Positions 1 through 13,224 of a stretch of DNA of 64,000 bases are shown here, piece by piece. This DNA is from the human T2T-CHM13v2.0 reference genome, Homo sapiens, in NCBI RefSeq assembly GCF_009914755.1, contig NC_060944.1. One strand, given 5' to 3'. The notes under the pieces were generated by a model. It was given only the letters and a program-made list of their open reading frames with translations, ran no database searches and was not told the origin of the DNA. Within the stretch, counting starts at the first letter, position 1; every line of letters starts with the position of its first letter. The position numbers were made by a program, and so were the translations under genes.

Positions 1-629
1 CCATCGTTCAACATAGAGATTCAAGATGAAGATGAAGGGATTTTATTGAGGGCAGTGGGGGTCACAGCCACCCCCCATTGCCCTGGGAAAGAACTCCTTT
101 AGAGGCTCGTCCTTTAGCCCCTCCCCATCAATGCTGACACAGCCGAGGTTGCCGCTGGCTGCCCACCTGAAATTCCCCTATCACCAACTTAGCTTCTCCC
201 TGCCCCCATCCAAATTTCCCCTGTGGGTCCCTCGGGCTCAATAAGATGCTACAGGTTGGCCCAGAAACTGAGTGGAGCTGGAGCGTTCCTCACTCACCCC
301 TTTCATCACAGCTGCTGTGAACTGAGTGCCAGGCTCTGCGCTAGGCCCTGGGGATATGACAATGAACAAGCCAAAGTCCTAGCCTCCCAGAGGTGACATT
401 CCCTGGAAAGTATTAGGATGAGCCAGCTGCTGCCACCAACAAGCCTTGAATCTCAGCTGTTTAATTTTAAAAGGAAGAAAAAGTTTATTTCTCATTCACA
501 TCACAGCCCACTGCAGGTTGGCAGGTAAGGGCCCGAGGGACCCTACGAGTTCTTCCATTCAATGGCTCTGCCGTCGTGAGCCTGGCATTCTTAACCCATT
601 GCGTGCTTCTGGACCTCTTTGTGTGATAG

Positions 630-1310
630 TATTTTAAAATCCTTCAATTGTCATTAAAAAATAAAACACCTAGGACTATGAAGAATACCAATTATATTGA
701 AACATAATTATCCAGTATTTTTCTCAATTCATCACTTAGTAATATGAATTCTTCTTTTTAACACATTAAATAACAAGACCTAGTGGCAGATCTGATAATT
801 ACTGTAATTTCAAAGTAGTAATGAGTGTAAATCTATGGTCAGCAAACTACTACAGATGGGCCAAATTGGGTAAACATGCCACCTGTTTTTTTCAAGTTTT
901 ATTGGCACACAACCATAGTCATTTATTTGTATAATGTCTGTGGCTGTGTTTGTTCTACAACAGCAGAATCAAATCGTTCCAACAGAAACTGTATGGCCTA
1001 AAATATTTACTATCTGTGTCTTTACAGGAAAAGTTTGCAGTTAACAGTATTTTTGAGACATTTGCAGCAACTGTCATGTAATATGAAGGCATTTATGGTT
1101 TCTAGGGAAAAAGTCACAGGCCTTGCTGCCACCATTGTGGCTTGTTGGCTACATTCATTATTGAAGAAAATGATAATTTTCAATTCAAGGTGAGTAAAAA
1201 TAAAGACACAATATTTTAAAGATCCAAATTCAGAGATTCCCCCTCTGCCTTTTAGCCACAGATCTCTGTAGGGGGGTCTCAGGACTGATCCCAGGTTAGA
1301 AAGCCCAGGT
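630..1310. mobile_element. hAT-Charlie (Charlie1-like) DNA transposon remnant interrupted by MER58A
   Basis: Charlie1-like tracts (ACATTAAATAACAAGACCTAGTGGCAGATCTGATAATTACTGTAATTTCAAAGTAG; terminal CCCAGGTTAGAAAGCCC). Confidence 0.6.
833..1040 (+). mobile_element. MER58A
   Basis: GGTCAGCAAACTA..GGGCCAAAT..AAGTTTTATTGGCACACA..CCTAAAATATTTACTATCTG..TTTACAGGAAAAGTTTGC. Confidence 0.75.
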
Positions 1311-1322
1311 TAAAAAACCCTA

Positions 1323-1667
<345 letters not shown>

Positions 1668-2994
1668 TCAGGGGCTCTCTCCCAGATCCTCTGCACCCAC
1701 AGGTGACAAGGGAGGAGAGCAAGTATGGAGGATCCTGCAGGAGGTTTTGTAGCCCAAGACAAAAGGTGGCGTCCATCACTTCTACCATTTTCAGAACTCG
1801 ATGACAGGGTCACGCCCAGTTTCAAGGGATGCTGGAAAATGCAGTTAAGCGGTGTACTTAACACAAATATTTCGTAGAGCTAACAAAAACAAACCAATAT
1901 GTACTATGTTAGATGGGAATGGGCACTATGGAGTCAAAGCTGAATAAAATGAATAGCTAATTCCAGCATGAACCATGATTTTAAATAGCATGGCAAGGAA
2001 AGGCACCCCTGAGAAGGCAACATTGAACAATGATCTGAAGATTCCAAGCCTGGGGCTTTCTGGGGAATGATGTTGCTGGCAGCAGGAATAGCGTGTGGGA
2101 AGGGCCCGAGGGAAAAATGCAACTATGATGATTTTGAAGGCCTGAGATTCAGTCACAGTATATATTTTAATCGTTTGTCTGTTTCTTGTCTGTCTCCCCC
2201 ACTAGAACGCCAGCCCATGAAGAAGAAATTTTTGTCTATTTTGTTCACTGCTCTTTCCTAAGAGCCTAGAGGCGTGTCTGGTACATAGTTCGCACCTGTT
2301 TGTCAAATGCTGCCGGAACATGGCACGATCTGCCTGCTCTAGGGAGACAGGAGTATGGAATGAGGGCAGAGAAGTCTCCCTCCAGGGAGATCGCTTAGGG
2401 CCATAGGCCATGGTGGGGATCAACATTTTATTCTTTAGGAATAGGAAATTATCGGAGAGTCTTCACCACCGAGGGATGAGCTCCAATTTTGATTTTGCAA
2501 AGATCACTCTGGCTGCTACAGTGGATGCTGCGGCAGGTGAAGGCTTGGCAAAGTGTCTGACACTAAGAAGGGGAGTTCAGTCCAACAGCCTCTGGGGCAG
2601 TGAGTGAGAAGGTGTTTTGAGAGGCGAAGTATGGGACCTGGAGGACCCCTTATCCTGGAGTTTCACTGCTGAGAAAGGCCTCACATTGGGCCTTTGGAAA
2701 TTACATCTCAATGAGCTCTCTTCTCAGTCTCAAGGACTGAGGAGCTTCTGAGACACAGTAGGTTCACCATGTACAGAGAGGAGACTGATGGCACCCCCTG
2801 CAGCCACACACTCTTTCGGCAGGGCTCTAGGCAGCTCTAATTGCACGAACTTGTCCTATAAACATCTTAGGCAAAAGCACAATTTTATTGCGCCTTGATT
2901 TTTTTTTTTCTTAGGTGGAGAGTTGTTGAGAGGTCGATGCAGTCCACGTAAACATGTAAAACAGCCTAACATTTCAAAACCCTGCTATTTTTTG

Positions 2995-3075
2995 TTAGGT
3001 TGGTGCAAAAGTAATTGCGAGTTTTGCCATGAAAAGTAATGGCAAAAACCGCATATTACTTTTGCACCAACCCGA
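2995..3075. mobile_element. MADE1 MITE (Hsmar1-derived, palindromic)
   Basis: TTAGGTTGGTGCAAAAGTAATTGCG...CGCATATTACTTTTGCACCAACC inverted repeats. Confidence 0.93.
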
Positions 3076-3179
3076 TATGTCCGTAACCGGAGCAACGGAA
3101 AACAAACAAAAAAAAGAGGTGGAAAGACTGGCTCCCCACAACTGAGAGCCTCGTGGGGACAGCCCTGGACTGGGAGTCA

Positions 3180-3900
3180 CTGGTGGAGCTGCCTCTAGCT
3201 GGGTGTTCCTGGGTGCGGGGCTGGTCTTCCCTGGCCACCGTCTTCTCCAATGAGAGCGATGACAGGATCTAAGGGGCCCCCTGGCGCTCTAAGGTCCTGG
3301 CCAGTGGAGACCCTGGGGTGCGACAAAGGGGTTAGGGGGCTCCCCCCTCCCCGCCCCTCGCCCCCACCTTTCCCCCTCGCGCTGTCTCTCCAACCCCATC
3401 CAAGCCCCAGGCTGGAAAGCCCCAGGGAGGCCGCCACAGTAATGACCCCTCGACAGCTGCGCTCCCCGCGAAGCAGCCGCCCCCACCCCCCGGGCCCCCG
3501 CCCTCCGCCCCGCCGCCTCGGGAGACAGGTTCGCACCTGCTCGGGGCCATTTCTCATCAATTAGGCCTTGGCAGCGCTTGAATGGGGCCCAGCTAGGGTG
3601 CGTCCCGGCTCCTCCCCGCGCCGCCCCCTGTCTCCCCCCACCAGAGCCGCGCTCGCAGATGGCAGCTCGGGCGCAGCTGCCCGCCGGGCTCGCGGGGGCC
3701 ACAATCGGCCCAGTGTTCGCAGCCCCCAGGTTGGACAGGGGGCCGGGCACACCTGCGCGGCGCAGATGGCGCCGGGGGGCGGACAGCAGGCACCAAAGTC
3801 TCCTCCGGGGACTGGGAGGCGGGAAGAGAGCAGGGCCCCCTCACCGCAAGGCGGTTCCTGTCGGAACTAGGAACCTGTAGGGAAGAGGCCATCGAGAAAA
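3180..3900. promoter_or_regulatory. CpG island (orphan); candidate promoter/insulator with CTCF-like motifs, GC boxes and E-boxes
   Basis: Sharp local rise in GC and CpG density against a CpG-depleted background; CCGCCC GC boxes; CGCAGATGGC at 3654 and 3761; CCCCCTGGCG at 3277; no recognisable coding exon nearby. Confidence 0.85.
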
Positions 3901-4109
3901 TGACCAGGGGCAGCGGGACCCAGCCATGCCCTAGTCCTTCTCGTTTCGAAAGGAGGGAGTCTTTTTTGGATAGTAGCTTGGTAACCTAAATGCCCAGCGA
4001 TAGGGGATTGACTAGAAAACGTGTGCTGCGATTCTGCAGGGCACGGACTCAACCATTAAAAATATACTAAAGAAAAGCAAGTCGGGAAGAGGGATGTGTT
4101 GAGTGTAAC

Positions 4110-4590
<481 letters not shown>

Positions 4591-4739
4591 ATTATTTCTT
4601 ATTATACAAGTAATACATACTATTCACTGTTAAGAATCCACATTTTATCCAATTATGTAAGATTAAAAGCTAAACTACTCTATAATTTCACCTCTACCTG
4701 AGATCACCATTGATAACAGTTTTGTGTCTTGCCCCATGA

Positions 4740-5050
<311 letters not shown>

Positions 5051-5149
5051 TGCCCCATGATTTTTTCTACACTATATGTATAATAAATAAATACAGATAG
5101 ATCTATGCGTAAATATAGATTCCAGAATCAAATAGAAGAAGTTTCACTT

Positions 5150-5320
5150 AGAGGCTGAAACCTTGGAGTCTGGAGCTAGACTTCCTGCACTAAAAAACCT
5201 GGCTCTTGTTTCCCTGCTGTGTGTCCCTGGGAAAACTACTTAACTTCTCTGGACCCCAGTTTCCTCATCTATAGCCTTGTAGGAAAGTTGTGAGATTAAT
5301 ACAAAACATTTCCAACAGTG
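5150..5320 (+). mobile_element. MIR
   Basis: TACTTAACTTCTCTGGACCCCAGTTTCCTCATCTATA core. Confidence 0.7.
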
Positions 5321-6101
5321 CAAATAGAAATATGAGCTTCATTATAGGTGTGGTTTTGTAACTTTCTTCCTTAATATGTCTTAGATGTTTTTATGTGTTG
5401 GAAAATTTGAAATAATATTCTTTTTAACGGCTGTAGAATATGCCACCGTATGGCTCCATGTAAGCAGCCGTCTTCTAAGAAGGACTGGACTGGTTTCCCA
5501 TGCTGCGGTGAGCACTCTTGAACACACTCTTTTGTGTGACAGTTCCCCTAACGTCAAGCCTGAGGGGTGGTATCTGCTGGATAAGGCCCCTTATGGTCTG
5601 GCACAAGCAGGATCAGAAGTAGGGTGAGGTGAGTGAAGCATTCAGGCACAAAATTTAAGAGGATGCCCCAAAAACTCAGTAATCAAGATAAATTGTATCT
5701 TAATGCAATATTTTTAAAAATCAAAATTAATGCTAAAAACCATCCATAATGAGCAAAATATCAACGTTTTAAAGACAGCATCTGACAGTGTCATACTGGC
5801 TTTGTTGAGCCTGTGGCCAAAGGAAAAACGTGCCTTCATATACATATTTTAATGTATTCTTTAATGGTAATTTTCTCCCAAATCGTTGAAGTAGTTGAAA
5901 AATATACACTGAAAAGTTAGAAGTAAGTGTATTAAAACTCACAGCATTACTTATGTTTTATTTTATTTATACCCCAAACAGAATTTGTATCAATTTTACT
6001 TTGCTGGGTTTAATGGAAGCAAACTCATCGCTAATATTTTCAAAATCTACTCCTGGAAAGAATTTAACTGTGAAAAAATAGATTATTTATATGTATGAGG
6101 C

Positions 6102-6278
6102 TAGCCGGGCATGGTTGCGAATGTCTGTAGTTCCAGCTACTCAGGAGGCTGAGGCAGGAGGATCGCTTGAGCCTGGGAGCTCGAGGCTTCAGTGAGCTAA
6201 GATCGAGCCACTGAACTCCAGCCTAGGTGACACAGTGAGATCCTGTCTCAATGATAATAATAATAATAATAATAATAA
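6102..6278 (+). mobile_element. Alu right monomer (FRAM/AluJ-like) with (TAA)n tail
   Basis: Right-arm sequence only, with GGAGGATCGCTTGAGCC diagnostic. Confidence 0.85.
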
Positions 6279-6590
<312 letters not shown>

Positions 6591-7419
6591 TTAATAATTT
6601 TTTAAAGTCATATATATGAAGGCTGCACATTTTCCCTTTGGCCTCAGGCTTCAAAATGACTCAACAAGGTGCTGGTATCGTTAATTTGCCTTTGCAGAGG
6701 GTGGCACCAATTGATGCTTCCACTGACAGCAGGCTCCATTTTTTCAAGCACCTTTTGGGATTAAGCTGCTCAGCAGAGGGTCATTATCCCCACATTTGGG
6801 CCTTCATCTGGGAGGAGCCAGGAGCTGGTATGCCTACCTGGGCTGGCTTTCTGTCCTCCCTTTCTTGTGAGAGCTTCCCAGATGCCTCTGCCAAGCCTGG
6901 GCAGCTCAGGTTACTGCAGACTCTAAGAGCTGCCTTATCTCAGATCTGCAAAGCCCCAGCACTTCATTCTCAGGAAAACCTTTTAACTCTGGGGTAGACA
7001 AACTCTAAAAACTCTAGAGCTGCCTTGGGGCAATGACAGCAGCTCCTCGATGGACTAGATCTGGGACCCCTGCAGAAATAATCTCATGAATGTTCCCTTA
7101 CCTGTGGCCAGCAAGACCTGCTCCATTCCTTCCTTTATTTACATCCTCAGTGGCTACCCTGAGTCACTGCTCTGATCAGCCCTGAGTCAAAGCCTGGGAC
7201 CGAGGCGAGTTAGTCATGGTCTCTGGAGCTCAAAGGGGCAGACAGACGGGTAAACAAAGAGTTTCCAAGACTCTTTCATGTCTGTTATTATCTCACCACA
7301 TTGTCCCCAGAGACTTGGGAGCACTTGGGCCAGATATAATTGGATGTCAATAGGCATCTCAATCTTAACATGTCTAAAGCAGTAATACTAATAACAAAAC
7401 CACTAGTAATAATAATAAT

Positions 7420-7640
7420 AGTGTTTACTGCACAAGGCACTGTTATAAGTGCTTTACATATTGTAACTCACTCAGTCCTCATCACGACCCTCTGAAGTAC
7501 AGCTTTTAGTTTCATTTTACAGATAAAGAAATCGAGGCATTAAGGGACTCAGTGGCTTGCCTAAGTTCCTGCAGATGTTAAATGGCAGTGCTGGGACATG
7601 TACCCAAGGGTCTGGCTCCAGAGTCCGTGCTCTTAACAAT
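7420..7640 (-). mobile_element. MIR
   Basis: CATTTTACAGATAAAGAAATCGAGGC core. Confidence 0.75.
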
Positions 7641-7809
7641 GACCCTCTGATCTTCAGTTCCTTCCCATTTCCCCTATATCTTCCACATCTCACAAAGTGG
7701 CATCGCACAAAAAAATAAATAAATAAAAACATCTATGCACCATTTTTATTCCACTCTTACCCAATTCTTTTCATACCTGACTTCTCGTCATCACTCAAAT
7801 ATCAGAGAT

Positions 7810-8660
7810 GTCTCAAATTTCAGTTTTCCTGAAAGCAATCACTGAGAAAGGGATTCAAGGGTACGTAGCTTATTTAAGAGATGAGAGGTGACGGTTCAAG
7901 GAGAAGCATTGAAGAAGACAGAGGAGAAAAGTCAGCAGATACAGTGTGCCTTATCAAGTCAGCCACCACAACAGGTGACCACAGACAGCTTCATCCCTCC
8001 AACAAACTCTGGGAAAGAGTGCAAAGCACACAGCTCAGAATTATTCCGTCTACACTTCGAGGGAGCTGGGATATTGATACACTAACTCCTGAGAGTCATT
8101 GGTTGAGATGTACTGGGGAGGAGTGTGCAGTGTTAAATTGTGGGCACTTCTTCCAGCCAGCAGCAAGTCCTTCCAGTTTCAGGGAAAAAAACCCAGGTAA
8201 AGATGCAGATACTGGCAATTAAAAGTCACTAGAGCATCTAGGGACCATTTGCTATCCCTCACCTACTCCTCCTCATCTCTTTCTTCTTGTACGTAAGACG
8301 CAGAAGAAAAGGAAAGCAATACAGAGTATATCACCAAGCAGGTTTTCAGCGTGAGCAAATAGAGCTTAATCTCACTGGGGTGCTTGGGGAGGCAGCACAA
8401 AATATGTGCCTCAGAGTGATCCCACCTGTGGGGAGAGGGAGTGGAGGTATTTATCCTCCACCCTCGAATTGATTGGTTGAGGGCTGCTTCTGGGGTATTA
8501 ACCCAACAGCACTTCTGGCTTGCTCTGAACATGGGCCAAGCATGCTCCCAGGGCCAGAAAAAGTGCCTCAGGTGGAGAAGTGCAGGTGTTTGCAGTAAGC
8601 GTTTTTGGTGAGAGGAAGACAGTACAAGAGGATGGAGAAGGAGCAGCACCAGTGGCTGCT
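7810..8660 (-). mobile_element. Two tandem diverged ERVL LTR fragments (LTR33-like)
   Basis: Shared motif CTCAGA(A/G)T.AT.CC..GAGGGAG.TGG..TATT.AT...ATTGGTTGAG at ~8030-8107 and ~8410-8480. Confidence 0.55.
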
Positions 8661-10329
8661 TCAAATAGCTTACTCATCCGAAGGAGAACCAGATGACAGT
8701 GACCATTTAGTAAGCACCTACTGTTTGCCTGGCTTCACGCTGAGTGATTTCCTTATATAAGTTCACTGCAAAACTTGCTTTTATATCATTACCTTTAAAA
8801 AAAAAAAAAGAAGGCAAAGTTTAGAGAAAGTAGGACTTTACCTAAAGCCACATATCCAGATAACATGGTGGACTCAGGATTATAACCAGATCTGTCTGAC
8901 CTGAAAGACCCAATATTTTTTTGCCTCATGCTATTTCTCTGGATTTCTCTGCATCTCTGAGATTCACGATTCCCACCAATCTGGCCTATCGGGTAATATG
9001 TACCAAGGCTATTATGAGCACTGAAGTGAATAAAATGCTAATCCTCATCGATAGATTAAACAGAGAAATGCTTAAACCAGAGATCTGCCTGCAATAAAAG
9101 CAATTGGGTTACTTCTTTGTAATTTGACTGCTCACATGAGCCCAGGAACCTGCGTTATAGCTTTACAAATCTGTGATAATTTCCTTCAACTTTTCCATTT
9201 TATTACCGCCATTAAAATCCCGTTGTGTTCTTTAAACAGGAAAAAAAATGATTAAAACAGATGTGGCTCTTAAAGTTACAATATGAATTTTACAACCCCA
9301 GGTTTTATGATACTGAGAGAAACTTCAGCCACCAGGGTCAGAGGCAAGAAAAATGGGACCGGATTTCTGAAATGGGTCTGGGGAGGGGGAAAGGAGTAGG
9401 GTGAGAGGTTCAGAATGACGAAGACAGCCAACAGAGCCAATTTCCTGACATTTACTTTTCTCCCCAAACTCTGGGGATCAACTGCAGAATGTCACATTTG
9501 CAGCCATCCCTCTGCACCACAGAGCCTGGTCCCCACAGCTACTGAGGTTTGACTCAACTGCTTTCCCTCCCTCCAACCTCACTTCCAACCCACGCCCACA
9601 CCCCCACCAAATCATAATTTTCCAGTTAAGTAGTCCACAGTGATCATTGTTTTGTTTTTTGAAGCAGTGTTTTATAGTAAAGAGAGCATTGAGATCCAAG
9701 TCCCAGATCTTCAACTAATTCACCACGTGACTTGGGCAAATCAGTGGACTCTGGGCTTCCAGTTTTTCATCTGCAAAACTAAGGAGTTGTACCAGATCTC
9801 TCTGTTCTCTCTTAGCACTGCCAGTCTATGACCCCATCTGCAGGAACACAATGCCAGGCACAAAGGAAGCTCTGAATATTTGTTGCCAGAAGAAAGAAAT
9901 GATTTCCTAAATTTGTCTGTATTTTTCTTTTGCAGGGAATGAAGGGGTTATTAACTTCTACAAATAACCGAAAAAAAGAAGGAAAGCAACCATAAAGTTT
10001 GTTTCCTTTTTTATGTAAAAACAGTAATGGTGAGAATGACAAAAATTTTAAAGAGCCCATACACAGTGTTGGCAAAAATGTGCAGAAATAGGAAGTCTTC
10101 TATACTGCTGGTGGGAAGGTAAAAGAGTACAATATTTCTGGAGGGTGACTATCAAAATGTTAAAAGGGCATGTCCTTTGAATCTGCAATGTCACTCTCAG
10201 GAAATCATCCTAAGGAAATAATCAGAAAGATATATTTAGAGCACAAAAAATATAATATAAAGTCCAAGGGAAGGAGAGAAAAAATATAAAAATTTATATA
10301 CTGCATTATTGTAATTTTAAGTTTTTTTA

Positions 10330-10689
<360 letters not shown>

Positions 10690-11686
10690 TCTCTGGTTAG
10701 TAAGACTATGGACTATTTTCTTCTTTAGGTATTTGAACACTGCTCTCACTCCCTGTCTTCCTTCAGGTCTCTGCTCCAATGTCACCCTGTCATCAAGGTT
10801 TTCCTTGACCAGCTTATCTAAAAGAGCAAACTCCTGCTCCTTCTCTCCCATTGCCCTCTTTTTCTTACCCACTTTTATTATTCTTCACTGCTGGACATAG
10901 TATTTATAAATATTTAGTTATATATTAAATTGTGCCTCACAACACGAATGGCAATCCGATGGGGGCTGTCTTCCCCTCACCTGGTATATAACAGTCACAA
11001 AATTGAATGATAATTTGAATGAATAGATGACACATGCAAAGATATATGGGCAAAGATAATCTATTGTGCTATTGTTTATAAAAGTAAAAATTTGCAAATC
11101 AATTAAATGTCTAACAGTAGAAAATTGGCTAAATGCAATATACTACATTTACACATTGGAAGTTTATGCAACACTTATTTCAAGTTTGTTTTTAACATAT
11201 GTATGTGTGTAAGCGTGTCTGTACATATAATTGTATTTTTCTTCCTAGCAATAAAAGAAATCCACGTTGTTTGAAACAAATCAATCAACAGAGATTAGTT
11301 AAAACAACAATTCACACCTGAAGCTTTAATAGTTGGGTCAGAATCTTCCCATACGCTTTTTTTCCTCCATGCTTGTACAAATAAATGCCAACAAATAGTC
11401 ACATAAATAAGTTTCTCACCCTTTCCAAAATCTGATTAATCATATACATTGTAGACATATATTGATCTAATTCAAACTACAACAGAGAAGTCATGATATG
11501 AATACAATATAATTTCTCAAATTGTTACGCTATGTCCATCACGACATTCAGATGGTCCTAAATTTTTGTCTATATAATAAATGCTGCAATAAGTATCCTT
11601 GGTCATATATCCCATATTGATCTTTTTGTTTATGTAGGATGGATTTCCAAATGTGAGACTTCTGGGTCAAAGGTTCCAAGCGTTTT

Positions 11687-12166
11687 GTGTATTCATTTAT
11701 TTATTTATTTATCCTTGAGGCAAAGTCTCACTCTGTCGTCCAGGCTGGAGTGCGGGCAGATCACTTGAGGTCAGGAGTTTGAGACCAGCATGGCCAGTAT
11801 GGTGAAACTCCTTCTCAGTTGGGCATGGTGGCTCACGCCTGTAATCCCAGCACTTTAGGAGGCAGAGGCGGGTAGATAATGAGGTCAGGAGTTTGAGACC
11901 AGCCTGACCAACATGGTGAAACCCCGTCTCTACTAAAAATACAAAAATTAGCCAGGCATGGTGGTATGTGCCTGTAATCTCAGCTACTCAGGAGGCTGAG
12001 GCAGGAGAATGGCATGAACCCAGGAGGCAGAGGTTGCAGTGAGCCGAGATTGTGCCACTGCACTCCAGCCTGGGCAACAGAGCGAGACTCTGTCTCAAAA
12101 AAAAAAAAAGAAAGAAAGAAAGAAAGAAAAAGAAACTCTGTCACTACTAAAAATACAAAAATTAGT
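11687..12166 (-). mobile_element. Rearranged Alu with inverted 5' segment (twin-priming type), hosting a nested AluS
   Basis: Antisense tail + 3' end (11687-11753) joined to a sense left-arm piece (11752-11816, continuing 12132-12166); TSD CAAGCGTTTT on both sides. Confidence 0.8.
11817..12131 (+). mobile_element. AluS nested in the rearranged Alu; (GAAA)n tail
   Basis: Full dimer; decayed TSD GAAACTC.. Confidence 0.93.
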
Positions 12167-13036
12167 CAAGCGTTTTAAATTTAATAACACTTTCACAACA
12201 CTTTTAATTTAACAATACTTTTTAACAATACATCAAGAATCATTGTAGCAATTCACATTTCATCAGGAATGTATGACAGTTCCTTCCCATCTTCACCAAC
12301 CCGGGGTATTGCCAATCTTCCCAATTTTTATCAATAAAGGAGTACAAAATACTCTATTACCATCTAGATTTTTTTGACCATGAGCAAGGTTACAAATATT
12401 TTCATGCGTATACGTCGTTCTGTGAACACACTTTGTCCATTTTGCTATTTAAATGTTTATCTTTTTCTTGTCAATTTCTAGGAGCTCTCTGTAGATTAGG
12501 GACATTATATCTTTGCCTATCATTTTTTTGTTCCAAATCCCCCCCCAAGGTGACTCTGAGTACATATAAATATTCTCTGAAGCATTATTCAAAGGTTATA
12601 GTTGTATTCCTTCATTTAGATATTGATCCATCTAGAATTATTTTGGTATATACAATAGCATGAGGTAGAGTTTAACCTACCTTCTTATTAATGATACCAT
12701 TTGTTAATGAAGCAGTCTGTTTCTGTTGAATTTAAACGCCACCTATATATATTAAAAATATATATACATACATAAATTTATACATATAAATATGTATACA
12801 TAAATTTCCCAAATATACTCAGATTAATTTATGGAGTACCTATAATGTCCTATTAATCTATTTGTTCTTCTGTCCTTTTCTTTGAACTAACTTTCTAGTA
12901 ACTCCTCAGCTAGGGTCCTAGCAGGAAGCAAACCGTCTACTCAAGTGGTACAACAAAGAAGGGATGGGCAAGCTTTATGGAAGCAAACAAGGAGTAGGGC
13001 AGTACACCAGGGCCAGTGACAGGGGGAGTGTCCCTA

Positions 13037-13224
13037 GGGTGTGCTGAAGGTGGCTCACACTAGCTGGCAGGAGCCAGTTGTTAGCAACACGCAACTTCAC
13101 GTTAGTAGCTTGAAATCAGCCATGGTGGGAATACTTACACCAAGGAAATGGGCAAATGCTGTACATCAGAGGTTCATGCCCCCCTTTTTTTCAGAGCTTG
13201 CCATTCAGCAGTTACTAGCACACT
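13037..13224 (+). mobile_element. MER63A (hAT-Blackjack)
   Basis: GGTGTGCTG..CACGTTAGTAGCTTGAAATCAGCCATGGTGGGAATACTTACACC..TACTAGCACAC. Confidence 0.75.

Noticed and set aside
3195-3892. Overlapping 100-153 aa ORFs in the CpG island
   Set aside because: Low-complexity G/P/R/A-rich translations in several frames on both strands, as expected from stop-poor GC-rich DNA; no recognisable domain
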